Below are positions 29,390-40,738 of a stretch of DNA of 64,000 nt, piece by piece. The DNA comes from Octopus sinensis. Lineage: Eukaryota. Location: positions 87,668,001 to 87,732,000 of the forward strand of contig NC_043003.1 in NCBI RefSeq assembly GCF_006345805.1. The letters run 5' to 3'. Every line of letters starts with the position of its first letter. Position 1 is the stretch's first letter. The translations under genes and the position numbers were made by a program. Under the pieces are notes generated by a model. The model worked only from the letters and a program-made list of their open reading frames with translations. It was not told the origin of the DNA and did no database searches.

Positions 29390-31488
29390 ACGCATATTTT
29401 GTCCAGTGTGCAGGTAACAACAGGTAATAACAAAATAAGAACTCCTATTGGAATTTACACCCCATGGACAAGAAGCCTCTTTACCCATTCTACACAGCAC
29501 ATTCCTTGGATAATGAAACAGCAACTTTAACATCCAACATATATTTTTATCTTTATTCTCATATTACCCTTTTTACTTCCTATATCTCTTGCTTTCCAAA
29601 ATAACTTCTTTGGTTACAGGTAAAGCAGCAAAGAATTCTGCTGGTTTATTCACTTGCCTATGTCCCAGAGGTGTAGTGAACACACTTTGGAACTGTTCAT
29701 TCAGTATTTCACTTATCCTCATGGGGTTTCCTATGAGGGAGCCATATTTTTGGAAGAGGGGTCCTATCTTGTGGCATACTGAGGCTGTTTCTTTGGCAAA
29801 CTTAAAGAAAGCTTTAGGGTTCGTCTTGATATTTTCTATAGCCCAAGCTTCTTTATTTGTGCTCTCCTTTCGTGAGACTGATGCAAACTTTTCTCAATCT
29901 CCAATAGTGCTCTCTCCAGGTGAGACTTCTCACCACTTTTGAGGTGCTTGCTCATGCGGTTTGCAATCTTTGTCCATCATCTCATAAGAATCTTTCTTTC
30001 CTTAGGGATCCTATTTTTGTGTCTGTTGGCCTTGCACACTGGGACAGACTTGTTACAAATGGTTTATATTATGGACATGAAATGTTTGTGTTTCATGTCA
30101 ATGTCTGGTGTGGAGAGACATTTAGGCCAATCCTGTTTGAAGATCTCTTTTTCAATCAACTTCCAATTTGCTATATGAAAACTTAGTTTGGAGAGACTTT
30201 GGGTGCTTCATATAAGCTGTATGTCTGCAGGAGCTTTTGGTCCATACATAGACAGCTCTATTATGTTGTGATCCGAGACCAGCATCGGTATCACTTTATC
30301 ATTATGGATAATGTCCATATTGTTTGTGAAGCAGAGATCCATTATATTATTTGCCCTGGTTGGTTGCAGCACAATTTGCTCCATGAAAGAAGCATTGGTA
30401 AGGTGGAGCAGGGACTCCACCTGTGCTTGCTGGTGGTGTGTCATTCCTGGGAGCATCTGGCCTCCAGGACATCACACATTGGGAAAGTTAAAATCACCCA
30501 AAAGGAATACATTGATGTGTTGTTCCAGTTTGGTGAGAACTTCTCTTATCTTTGCTATGCAGTCTTCAAACTTGCCTGTATGACTTGGAGCAACCGGTGG
30601 GCAATATGTAGTACATATAACAATATTAAGTTGTCTTATGTGTACAATTTGAGTGACACATACTGAATTTGAATATAACAGCAGGACCTAGGGTGTGAGG
30701 TCCTCTTGGATGTACACAACAACTCCACCATGGGTCCTCTCCTTTCTATCTCAGCATATGACATCATATTGTGGTATGCGTATTTCTGCATCCCCTACAT
30801 CAGGTATAAGATGAATTTCTACAAGTGCCATGCATAAAGATTGATTGCATGCTGCAAGGTTTCTCAGGAATGCGATTTTTGTTTTACTGTTGCCATGCAA
30901 CAACTCTCCTATATTTAGAAGAAATATTTTTGTGGTGTGTCTGTTGGTGTTAGTGGTGGCCATCCTGTGTCTGTTGTTGGTGGTGGGTATAGTTCCACGT
31001 TTGTGTTTGAGGTTAGGTCAGCTGCTGGACAATCTTTTGTGCCATGCACAAAAAAGATTGCTGTTCAGCTACTGCCCTTTTCACATCTGGGTGAAGCTGG
31101 TCATTTGTTGGGCCACACACGACATCCACATATCAACTTTTGGGAGTAGACAGTGTGCCATTTTTTCTTCTTTGTTGCTTTTCCTTTGGCCATCCTCATG
31201 GAAGTGGGTATTGTCTTGAGTCAATGCAGTTTGGGCAGGGCTTCTGATGTTCAATGTGACAGTTTGCACCATCATCACTGTGCCAGCAGTATCTTTGAAA
31301 GTAAAATTTGCAAATGCTCCTGCTTTTACATTTGTAACTCCTGTAGCTTTTGTTGGGGGTCCTCCGTTCTGTACCAGCATTTTTTTTTATTCTTTCTACT
31401 TTTCCCTTTCTTTAACTCTTTGCTCTTCTTTGTTTCTGACAGCTTTTGTTCTGTTGGTTTTATGTTCATCTTTTCCTTTTTCAGGCCT
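29390..31488 (-). mobile_element. Degenerate CR1-group LINE: CCCH ORF1 remnant and APE part of ORF2
   Basis: ICKFYFQRYC..C..EH finger at ~31315-31250; IFLLNI..ALVEIHL, THGGVVVY, PTRANNIMDLCFTN and SDH. Collinear with the 57381-61171 element. Confidence 0.82.
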
Positions 31489-31624
31489 TATATATATATG
31501 TACATACATACATACATATATATATATATATAGACACATACATATATAAATATATATAGACACATACATATATAAATATATATAGACACATACATATATA
31601 AACACACATATATATATATATATA

Positions 31625-31860
31625 CACATATATAAACATATATATAGTTAATCCAAACATGAAAACACAAAGAGAAAACACAACAACGCAAGGACATGGA
31701 ACAAATATAGTATTATTGGACGTTCAGGAAGGAAGGGAAGAAGGAGGGTTTAACGTTTTGAGCAGAGCTCTTCGTCGGAAACATAGGAGAAGTAAAGATC
31801 CAGAGAAGGGAAGACAGAGGAGAAAAAAAATCGCCAACGGTACATACGCGGTCACATACA
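31625..31860 (-). mobile_element. Short PLE-terminus-like element with a decayed minimal hammerhead
   Basis: Minus 31782-31748: GTTT-CCGACGA-aGAGCtctGCTC-aAAACGTT-AAAC. Sits inside a microsatellite. Confidence 0.55.
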
Positions 31861-32069
31861 CACATATATATGTATATATATACATATATACATATATATA
31901 CATGTATACATATATACATATATATACATGTATACATACATATATGTACACACACATACATATATATATACATGTATATATACATATATATATTTACATA
32001 TACATGTATACATATACATACATATACATGTATACATATACATACATATACATGGGTATATATATATAT

Positions 32070-32260
32070 GTGTGTGTGTTTCTTCTCTGTGTATCTTTCT
32101 GTTGAAGAGCGTAGGCTTGAAACGTTAAAGACTTGTTTTATTTATATTTCCTGAGCGCTATACTAATACAATTGTTTGTTTGTATTCCACCTGCCTTCGT
32201 CTTTTGTTTATTTCTGTAAACCTGCCTTCGTCTTTTGTCTATTTTCATAAAGCTTCCCGT
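32070..32260 (+). mobile_element. Short PLE-terminus-like element with a decayed minimal hammerhead
   Basis: 32095-32130: CTTT-CTGTTGA-aGAGCgtagGCTT-GAAACGTT-AAAG. Confidence 0.5.
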
Positions 32261-32314
32261 TATATATATATATATATATATATATATTAACACACACACA
32301 CATACATATACATG

Positions 32315-32990
32315 TCATCATCATCAACATCATCGTTTAACATCCGTTTTCCACGTTGGTATGGGTTAGACAGTTCGACTGTGGTCTGGAAAGCCAGAGG
32401 CTGCACCAGGTTCCAGTCTGATCTGGCAGTGTTTCTACACCTGGAAGACCTTCCTAATGTCAACCACTCTGAGAATGTAGTAGGTGCTTTTTACATGCCA
32501 CCAGCACAGGGCACAGAGGGGAATGGCATCAACCATGATCGTATGGTGCCTTTTATGTGCACCGGCACTGGAGCCAGTCAAGGCGGCACTGGAGCCAGTC
32601 AAGGTGGCACTGGAGCCAGTCAAGGCGGCACTGGAGCCAGTCAAGGCGGCACTGGAGCCAGTCAAGGCGGCACTGGAGCCAGTCAAGGCAGCACTGGAGC
32701 CAGCAAGGTGGCACTGGAGCCAGTCAAGGCGGCACTGGAGCCAGTCAAGGCGGCACTGGCATTGGCCACATTCGGATGGTGCTTTTTATGTGCCACCAGC
32801 ACAGGGACCACAACTACAATTTCCATTTGATTGTGACTTGATTTGATGTCATTTTGATTTTGATGTACTTGACTCCATTGGTCTCCTCAAGCACAGCATG
32901 TCACCCTACAATCCAAGATACTCTTGAGTGGCCTGATTATGCGACACTGGTGTAGGTTACAGCTGTGAACTAGCTTTATTTCCCAGATTC
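32315..32990 (-). mobile_element. RTE 3' end containing a 21-bp minisatellite (32564-32760)
   Basis: (ATC)n tail, RTE 3' UTR homology, and about 9 copies of GGCACTGGAGCCAGTCAAGGC. Confidence 0.85.
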
Positions 32991-33100
32991 ATATATACAT
33001 ATATATATATACATACATATATATATATTTATACGTACATATACATGTATACATATATATACATACATATACATGTATACATATATATACATACATATAT

Positions 33101-33131
<31 letters not shown>

Positions 33132-33649
33132 CGAAAGAAGGTTTGAAAATGCTATTTTAAAAGATGTCTATTTACTTTATCAGGTTCACTCTTTGGAAAA
33201 AGATTGTCAAAAGTAACATGTAAAAGTTTGGTTGCATTAATTATTGGTTGTTACAAAATGCTACATTACATATATACAGTCTGGTAACAAGGACATGTTA
33301 AGGACATAAAAAAGTTTACATTCTTTGGTGACAAGAGCACGTTAAGAACATAAAAAGTTTAACAAGTTCATTGAAATATTGGGCACAAAAGATTACAACA
33401 AATATATACATTCTCAAGATAATTTCCAGAAGGAATTATTAAAAAGTTCAGTGGAATATTTGTATACACGAACATAATATTATGAGTTCAAAAAGGTTTA
33501 CATTATAATAGTAGGGAAGCTAAAACTGACCTGTCCACCATGTTAACGTAAAAGAATATTATCTATTTCAAGGGACACTGTAGGTGTGTTTGGATGGGGG
33601 GAAGGAGGAGTAATGTGGAACTGAAAAGAATATATTGAGAAATATCTAT

Positions 33650-35029
33650 TTAGTGGATAACACCAATGCTTCAGGAGACAATCATGCATTCAAACTCAGA
33701 TCTCTACTTGACCACTTACAAATAAAAATTCAAGGAACATGATGAAAGTATGATTATGGCAAGCACTATGCCCAAACAATTTATAAAAGGGAAACCAATT
33801 TGGTTTGGTTTCAAAGTTTGGGCCCTTTGTTCTCAGCATGACTATATGCATGCTGTTGACCTCTACACTGGCAAGAAAGATGGTCCCAATAAAACTGAAA
33901 ATGCATTTGGCCTAGGTGGAAACATTGTCCTTGATCTCATTGATGCTGTAGGAGTACCAGACAATAAAGGTTTCAAAATATTTTTGATAACTATTTCACA
34001 AGTATTCAATTGATGGAGAAACTTTTTGAGAAAGGAATATGTGCCTCGTGATCCTGCAGAGGAAATAGGATGGCTAGATGTCCTTTCAAAACAAAAACTG
34101 AAATGAAAGCATGCCCCCCCAGAGGAACAGCTGACTTCAAGTCTACTTCAAATATAGTTGCTGTAAAATAGAAATATATTAACAATGTTGTTCTGTTATC
34201 AAACTTTGAAACCTATAAAATGTTCACTGTTGCACACTAAGATAGGTCTCAAAAGAAATATGCCTGAAAGCATCCAAAATTACAACATATATATGGGATT
34301 TGTTGACCTTCTGGATCATAACATTGGTTCCTATAGAATTTGAATGCAGCAAAATAAATGGTGGTGGCCTATTTTTTCATATTTTGTTTCTGTGGCAACC
34401 CAAAATGCATGCATCTTGATGAATAGAGCAGAGAACAAAATTACATTATATAATTTCATTGAAAACATTTCTCTAACTCTATTGAAAAAGTGTGGCACTC
34501 CAAAGTTTCAAAGAAAATGCACATCTGCTCATTTGAAAAACAATGCAAGATATGATGGTGTTGAGCATTGGATTGGATATATTCCAAATGAAAGGAGATG
34601 CAAAGAGTGCTCTGGGAAAAGTCATTTCATATGTGAAAAATGTTATGTAGAAGTTCGTCCCAAATGTTTCAAGAAGTATCATGTTCAGTAAAGTTGTATA
34701 GTTTCATTTCAAAAGGATATATTTTACTAAATAAATTTTCAGTTTTTATTGATATCTTATTTATGTGAACAGGAATTATTTTCATAATAAAGTTATGGTC
34801 AGATATAATACTTTTATTAGCCTATAAATAAGTAAATTGCACAGTTAACGAGCTGATTAAAGATTCATATGCACAGTGCCTAATGTCCGTTATATCTGAC
34901 AGTGATTATTTCAGAAAATATCAAATGGATTTCAATGAAATTTTTTTCAGTTGATATTTAGGTCAAAATAATAATATCTGTGAATTTTCAGGCAATTTCA
35001 TTTACTAGAAAAATTTTAGCACGAATGGG
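33650..35029 (+). mobile_element. piggyBac (PGBD2/3-like) transposon remnant, 3' half
   Basis: KQFIKGKPIWFGFKVWALC, KWWWPIF, and a C-terminal Cys-rich RRCKEC..CEKC..CFKKYH. Ends GGG followed by TTAA at 35030. Confidence 0.85.
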
Positions 35030-35033
35030 TTAA

Positions 35034-36215
35034 CGTGTCCTCCATTTGAAGCAATACATTGGTCCAGATGTGTTTTCCACTGTTCGAAGCAGTGTCAAAA
35101 CTCTTGCAAAGCGATGCCTTTTAACACCTCCATTGTTTTTTTTCTTCACCTCTTCCACATTTTTGAAACATTTTTCTTCGAGGACTGCTCTTTATTTGGG
35201 AGGAACAAGGAAAAATTGCAGGTAGCAAGATTGGGTGTATAGGAAGGGTGAGTAAATGGGGTTATGCCATTTTTTGTCAAAAACTGTTTTACATGCAAGG
35301 AGGTGTGTGAAGGTGCATTATTGTGATGAAACCACCACTCTCCACTTTGCCACTAGTCAGGGCATTTTCATCTCACCATGTTTCGCAAATGCTTCAGAAC
35401 TGTTATGTCTGGTTGACAGTTTGACCAGGAGGAACAAATACTGTGTAGACAATTCCTTTCACATTGATGAAACAAATCAACATCATCTTGACACTGAACT
35501 TCACTTGACATGGTGACATTGAATGCTTCCATTGACATGATTGCTGCTTCATTTCTGGGTCATGGCTTTAACACCAGCTTTCATCACCAGCTTTCATCAC
35601 CAGCAATGACCTTCAAAACAAGGTTCAGATCAACTTCCAACTGTCCTTTCAGTTTACGACACACACTCAGTCGTAACTGCTTTTGATTTTCTGTGAGCAA
35701 GCAAGGTACAGATTTTGCTGCAACTCTTTTCATTAGTAATTCCTTGCTCAAAATTCATTGGCAGGAGCTCCAGGACACACCAATCATATCAACAAGTTTG
35801 TCAATTGTTTGACAACAGTCCTCCAAGATCAGTCCATGAATTTTCATGATGTTTTCTTTCATTCGGGTGATTGACTGTTGCCCTGAACAAGGTTGGTCTT
35901 CAAGCAACAAGTGACCATTCCCAAGTGTGAAAACCACTCATAAACTTGTGTTTTGCTCATAGCGGCATTCTTGTAAGCTGTTTGAAGCATGACAACTGCT
36001 TTGGCTGCTGCTTTCCATAACAGAAAACAGAATTTCACGGAAGCATGCTGTCCCTTTATTTCAACCATTTCAAAAATTGATGAAGAGGGGAGAAGCACTG
36101 CAAAATCAGGAAGCACCATGTAGCAACATGACTTCACTCAATGTTGCTGGTTAGTAGAATGATGCTTGAGGCTTCTGGTGGCAGAAGCCTGAACTACAAC
36201 AGGTTTATCCCATTA
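35034..36215 (-). mobile_element. Degenerate mariner element
   Basis: QHASVKFCFLL..MLQTAY..MSKTQVYEWF N-terminus. HNNAPSH- and PYTPNLAT-like remnants at ~35220-35330. Confidence 0.8.
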
Positions 36216-36744
36216 CTTTTAAGTAACATATTTATATTGAGTGTATTTATATTGAGTGTAGATATATATGTATTTATATTGAGTGTATATTTATATTTAT
36301 ACTGAGTGTATATATATGTTTTGTATGCATTTATATATGTGCATGCATTTATACTTATGTGTATATATACATATGTTTGTCTCCATGTGGTCTATATATA
36401 TATTAAAAGCTATGTGAGTGTGGTGGTGTATTTTTTAGTATGTTAATGTTATATACATGTCCTTCTATGTAGGTGCCAGTATTATTTTGGTTTTACTACT
36501 CAACTTTGGAATAGAAAGTATTTTAAGGTATGGTTAAAAATGTGATTAAAATGAGGGTCCATAAGCTTTTATTTGTGGTCTTTTCAACTTTCAACTCAAT
36601 TTGAAGATTTTTGTTATTCAGTACTATTTCTTGGTTTAATCTTTACGTCTCCAGCTGTCTGTTACCTGGTAAATCCATTTATATTTTACTTTTTATATGT
36701 ACGTTTATATACTTATTAAAACTATTTTAAAAATATTTATTATA

Positions 36745-37106
36745 CAAGGTGGTATCAGAAAGTTCCTGGACTAGTTCTGTAGCACACCAACAGACAGCAG
36801 CACACAGTTGCAAGCACAGTGAGAGCTAGCAGTGACCTTCATGAGGCAGTATGCCGAGTGACCTCACTGTGCTTACTAAACAAGTTGTAAAATTTGTGTT
36901 TTTGTGATCATGTGTATTCTGTAGTCTGCGATTTTTGTCATGGTCAGGAAGCTGGAACAAAGAGCCATTGTAAAAACTTGGGACATCTGCTACAGAGACA
37001 TTTGAGTATGCTTTGGCAAGCTTATGGTGATGAGGCGATGGGTCATACACAATGTTTCAAGTGGCGCTTCAAAAAAGGAAGAACATCCCTGGAAGACGAT
37101 GAGTGA
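36745..37106 (+). mobile_element. Mariner 5' fragment
   Basis: TA plus CAAGGTGGTATCAGAAAGTTCC TIR-like start. MLWQAYGDEAMGHTQCFKW..FKKGRTSLEDDE. Confidence 0.7.
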
Positions 37107-37881
37107 TCTGCACAAAACCAGATTTCATGGGAGGGCTGCAATCAGAAAACCACTACTTTCAAAAACAAATGTTGCAAAGTATTTAGAGTGGAGTAAAAAC
37201 CTATAGAATTGGTCCCTAGAGCAGTGGAAGAATGTTATTTTCTTGGATGAGTCATCCTTTACCTTATTTCCAACTACCAGCTGAGTATATGTGTAGAGAC
37301 AGCCCAAAGAAGCATTTGACCCAGACAACCTTCTTCCAACTATTAAACATGGTGGAGGATCTGTGATGATCTGGGGGGGGGGGGCTATATCTTGGAAATC
37401 CGCCGGCCCGATGGCTTCCCTTCATAGCAGAATTAATAGTCAAGACTATTTAAGCATTTTATATATCAAATTCATCATATGGTTGTGGAACTGTTTCCAG
37501 AGGAAAACGCAATTGTTCAGGATGATAACGCACCAATTCACACAGCTAAAGTTGTTATTGAATGGCACAAGGAACATTCTAGTGAAGCTGAACATCTTAT
37601 CTGATCACCACAGTCCCCAGATCTCAATATTATTGAACATTTATGGTGCATTTTAGAAAAACAAGTAAGGAGTCGATATTCTCTTCCATCATCACAACAA
37701 GAACTGGAGACTGTTTTAGCTGAAGAATGGACAAAAATTCCTTTGAAAACAATTCAAACTTTGTACGAGTCCATACCTCATAGTATTCAAGCTGTAATTA
37801 CTACTAAAGGCAGTCCTACCTTATATTAAAATAAATTTGTTTGAAATTTTAAGGTGTTTCCATTATTTTGTCCAACCCCTG
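37107..37881 (+). mobile_element. Tc1 3' half (same family as 16316 and 48135)
   Basis: FHGRAAIRKPLLSKTNVAKYLEWS, QDDNAPIH. Right TIR CCATTATTTTGTCCAACCCCTG followed by TA. Confidence 0.9.
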
Positions 37882-37943
37882 TACACTAGAAAACTGAAAA
37901 GCAAAATTGTGTCCAAAAAGATTGAGCACTGTATACAATAATT

Positions 37944-37977
<34 letters not shown>

Positions 37978-38094
37978 AAACTTAGAATCTTTAGGAAGGA
38001 AACAACATACTGCAAATCATTATTTTATCTGCAGATTTGATACAATTCTGCCATCCACCAATCCTTAGTTTTGTAAAATAATAGTTTTTAACAA

Positions 38095-38910
38095 AAGCAC
38101 GAAGTTACAGATTTTGGAAGGCAAGTACAGTTGATTATATTGAACCATAGTACCTGATTGGTATAGATTTTACTGACCTTGGAAGAATGAAAATTGAAGT
38201 TAACCCTGGGAAATTTGAACACAAAGTGTAAAGAGACATAACGCAAGACCACAGAACATCTGGTGCTCCACTGTTCAACTATAGGCACAAGGCCTGAAAC
38301 TTTGAAGCAGGGGTCTGGTTGAATATATCAATCCTAGTACTTGTTGAATATTTATTTCACCAACCCTAGAAGTATGAAAGGCAAAGTTGATCTCAACGGA
38401 ATTTGAACTATAAATATAAAGACAAATCAAATGCTGTTTAGCATTTTTCTAGTGTGCTAATGATTCTGCTAACTCACCACCTTAATTATAATCCTTTCTA
38501 CTATAAGCACAAGGCTTGAAATTTTGGAGGAGAGGTAAGTTAATTACATTGATCTCAGTGCTCAACTGATACTTATTTCATTGGCCTTGAAATGATGATA
38601 GGCAAAACTGACCATGACATTATTTGAACTCAGAATGTGAAGACAGATGAAATGCTGCTAAGCATTTTGTCCAGTGTCCTAATGATTTTGTCAGCATGTA
38701 ACCTTAATAATAGTCCTTTCTACTCTATAACAGAAAAAAGCATGAAATTTTGGGTCCGGGGGCTAGCTGATTACATTGACCCTAGTACTCAACTGGTACT
38801 TATTTCATAGGGATAAAGTTGACATTGGTGACATTTAAACTCAGAATACAAAGCTAGAAGAAATGATGTTAGTCATTTTGTTCAAAGCGGTAGCGATCCT
38901 GCCAGCTCAA
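38095..38910. repeat. Cluster of about 4 degenerate ~190-bp SINE-like units
   Basis: The block ACAAGGCCTGAAATTTT..TACTTATTTCAT..AAAGTTGAC..ATTTGAACTC recurs. Confidence 0.65.
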
Positions 38911-38926
38911 AAATTAAATTACTTAC

Positions 38927-39104
38927 TGGAAGTGGTTCTTTCCAAGCTGCTCCCACAATTGATGGTCTAACAATAGCCAATGGTAAATCTGAACCTTCTT
39001 TATATAGCAGATATTCAGCCAACTGTTTCGTGAAAGTGTATGTATTGGGTTTCTGGCCAAGAAGTTTCGGGGTTATAGCTGATAGCATATCGTCATCCAT
39101 CCAA
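38927..39104 (-). CDS. FAR1: Fatty acyl-CoA reductase internal exon, 178 nt, with the catalytic YxxxK motif
   Basis: ttttctccag|T TGG ATG GAT ... CCA CTT CCA|gtaagt. Encodes [30 protein letters not shown]...[17 protein letters not shown], with the FAR motifs PNTYxxTK and IVRPSIV. Confidence 0.95.
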
Positions 39105-39288
39105 CTGGAGAAAATAATAGAACTTTTGTTTCAATATTAACACTTATTATAAGTCAGAATAATGAAATACACAAATCACTTTATTTACAAATAATTACAA
39201 GGTTTCCATGCTGCAAGCCAAACAGATAGTTGCCTACCACTGTTAAGAGTGGTCAACAATACCATGTATGGTTTCTAGTAAGATCCAC

Positions 39289-39465
39289 AACCACTGAGAT
39301 ATAACTATCTTCACCATGATAACAAACTGATGTAATTTTAGTGGGTTAACTACTGAAAGATAGCTATCTTCCCCAATATATTAAACTGGTGTGAATTAGG
39401 CTGGTTAACCATTTAGGGATAAATATCTTTAGCACGATATCAAACTTGTGTGATATTAGAGATAA
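39289..39465. repeat. Three degenerate ~59-bp tandem repeats
   Basis: The unit AACcAcTgA..atA.cTATCTT....ATA..AAACTg.TGT recurs at ~59-nt spacing. Confidence 0.55.
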
Positions 39466-40690
39466 CTAATAGCTTAGTTGTTGAAAAGGTAGAGAAGAGA
39501 TAATGCAACCATTTGAATGGTTGAAATGAAGTGATTTAAGAAGCATATAGACCGACAAAATTGAAAGCATTCTATATTAGTCCAAAATAACTACTTTGTC
39601 AACTGCTAATATTGGGATTCAATTATGTAACTAAGGAAACCATAGAACAAGAAGCAGGTATTTTCTGTTTGGCTGCCAATTTTCAATTTCTTCAATTTTT
39701 GTTCAATTGATTTTGTAACTAACTTCAGGTCACCTTGGGCAAGGTGTAGTACCTGTAAGCCCACCCCAAGATCATGAAATACTAGGTTGGTGTCTGGCAG
39801 GGTAAAGTCTGTCTCATGGGATGAGGGTGCCTCTTAAGCCTTAGTCAGCAACCCCTTCAGAGATGGTGTCTCAATAAAAACACTGGTGTCACCTCACTAC
39901 CACAATCCTCTCTGAGTGAAAAAGTCATATACAAATGTATTGAATAATGGTGTGAATGACGTTGTAACTGATAAAGTGAAGATCTCTCACCCAGCAGGTG
40001 GCCTACTGCACAGCAGGGTGGGACCAGTTGTAATCTAGCAACTGCAGTATGAAAGAAAGGAAGAAAGATCAACTGGAGCAGACTGAATATAACTGTGATA
40101 GAATGTTAAATCCAAAGTGAACCTAGTAGATTTGGCTGCGTGGACAGAATGGGAGAGATATGGCTTGAAAGAGGAGTGTTTGATGTAACCGAACAGAGAT
40201 AAGTCAGATAAAGAAAAAATGGTACAAATTGAAGAAATAAAGCACAGAATCTACCAGATGGAAAACAGCAATGTAAAACAAATAGATGGCAATGACACTG
40301 AAGGCAGAGACATGGAGGTCTAGATACCACATATCACAAGACCACTAAACGTACACGATGAATTAGAACATAACTTTTCTGATGAAGAGCTGGTTATTAG
40401 TGGTAGACTACATATTACCCAGTCAGATGAAAGGAAAATGTTACCATCTATAATAAAGATAAACTTGTATGGCATTCTATAGTGATACCTAGTCCAAGAC
40501 TTGGTTAACTATCTGTATCTCTCACTATTTTTGTTTCTTTATCTTTATTATTGATATGATGATGATCATGAAGGACAAGAACAACTCTAAAAATAACAAT
40601 GACAACAGCTTAGCTATCATGACTACAGAAGGTAGTCACTATACAGACAAAAACAACAACCATAGAAAGAACAGCATCATCGTGCGCACG

Positions 40691-40737
<47 letters not shown>

Positions 40738-40738
<1 letters not shown>

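Larger units (their letters stand above)
261..38926 (-). other. 38,666-nt phase-0 GT-AG intron of the FAR gene
   Basis: GTAAGT donor at 38926 and CAG acceptor at 263-261. The joined peptide WKEPLP|GWIDNFNG is contiguous in FAR proteins. Confidence 0.88.

Noticed and set aside
32312-32846. GTGASQG / ALEPVKA repeat proteins, or a CRISPR-like array
   Set aside because: A 21-bp minisatellite inside an RTE 3' UTR, with no unique spacers and no cas genes.
33750-34691. Domesticated PGBD gene (likewise SETMAR-like calls for the mariners)
   Set aside because: Multiple stops and frameshifts with transposon ends retained, so these are decayed transposons.
38882-39100. ORF-track boundaries for the FAR fragment
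   Set aside because: The Met is internal and the tail VSNLIF.. is intron. Splice sites define 38927-39104.
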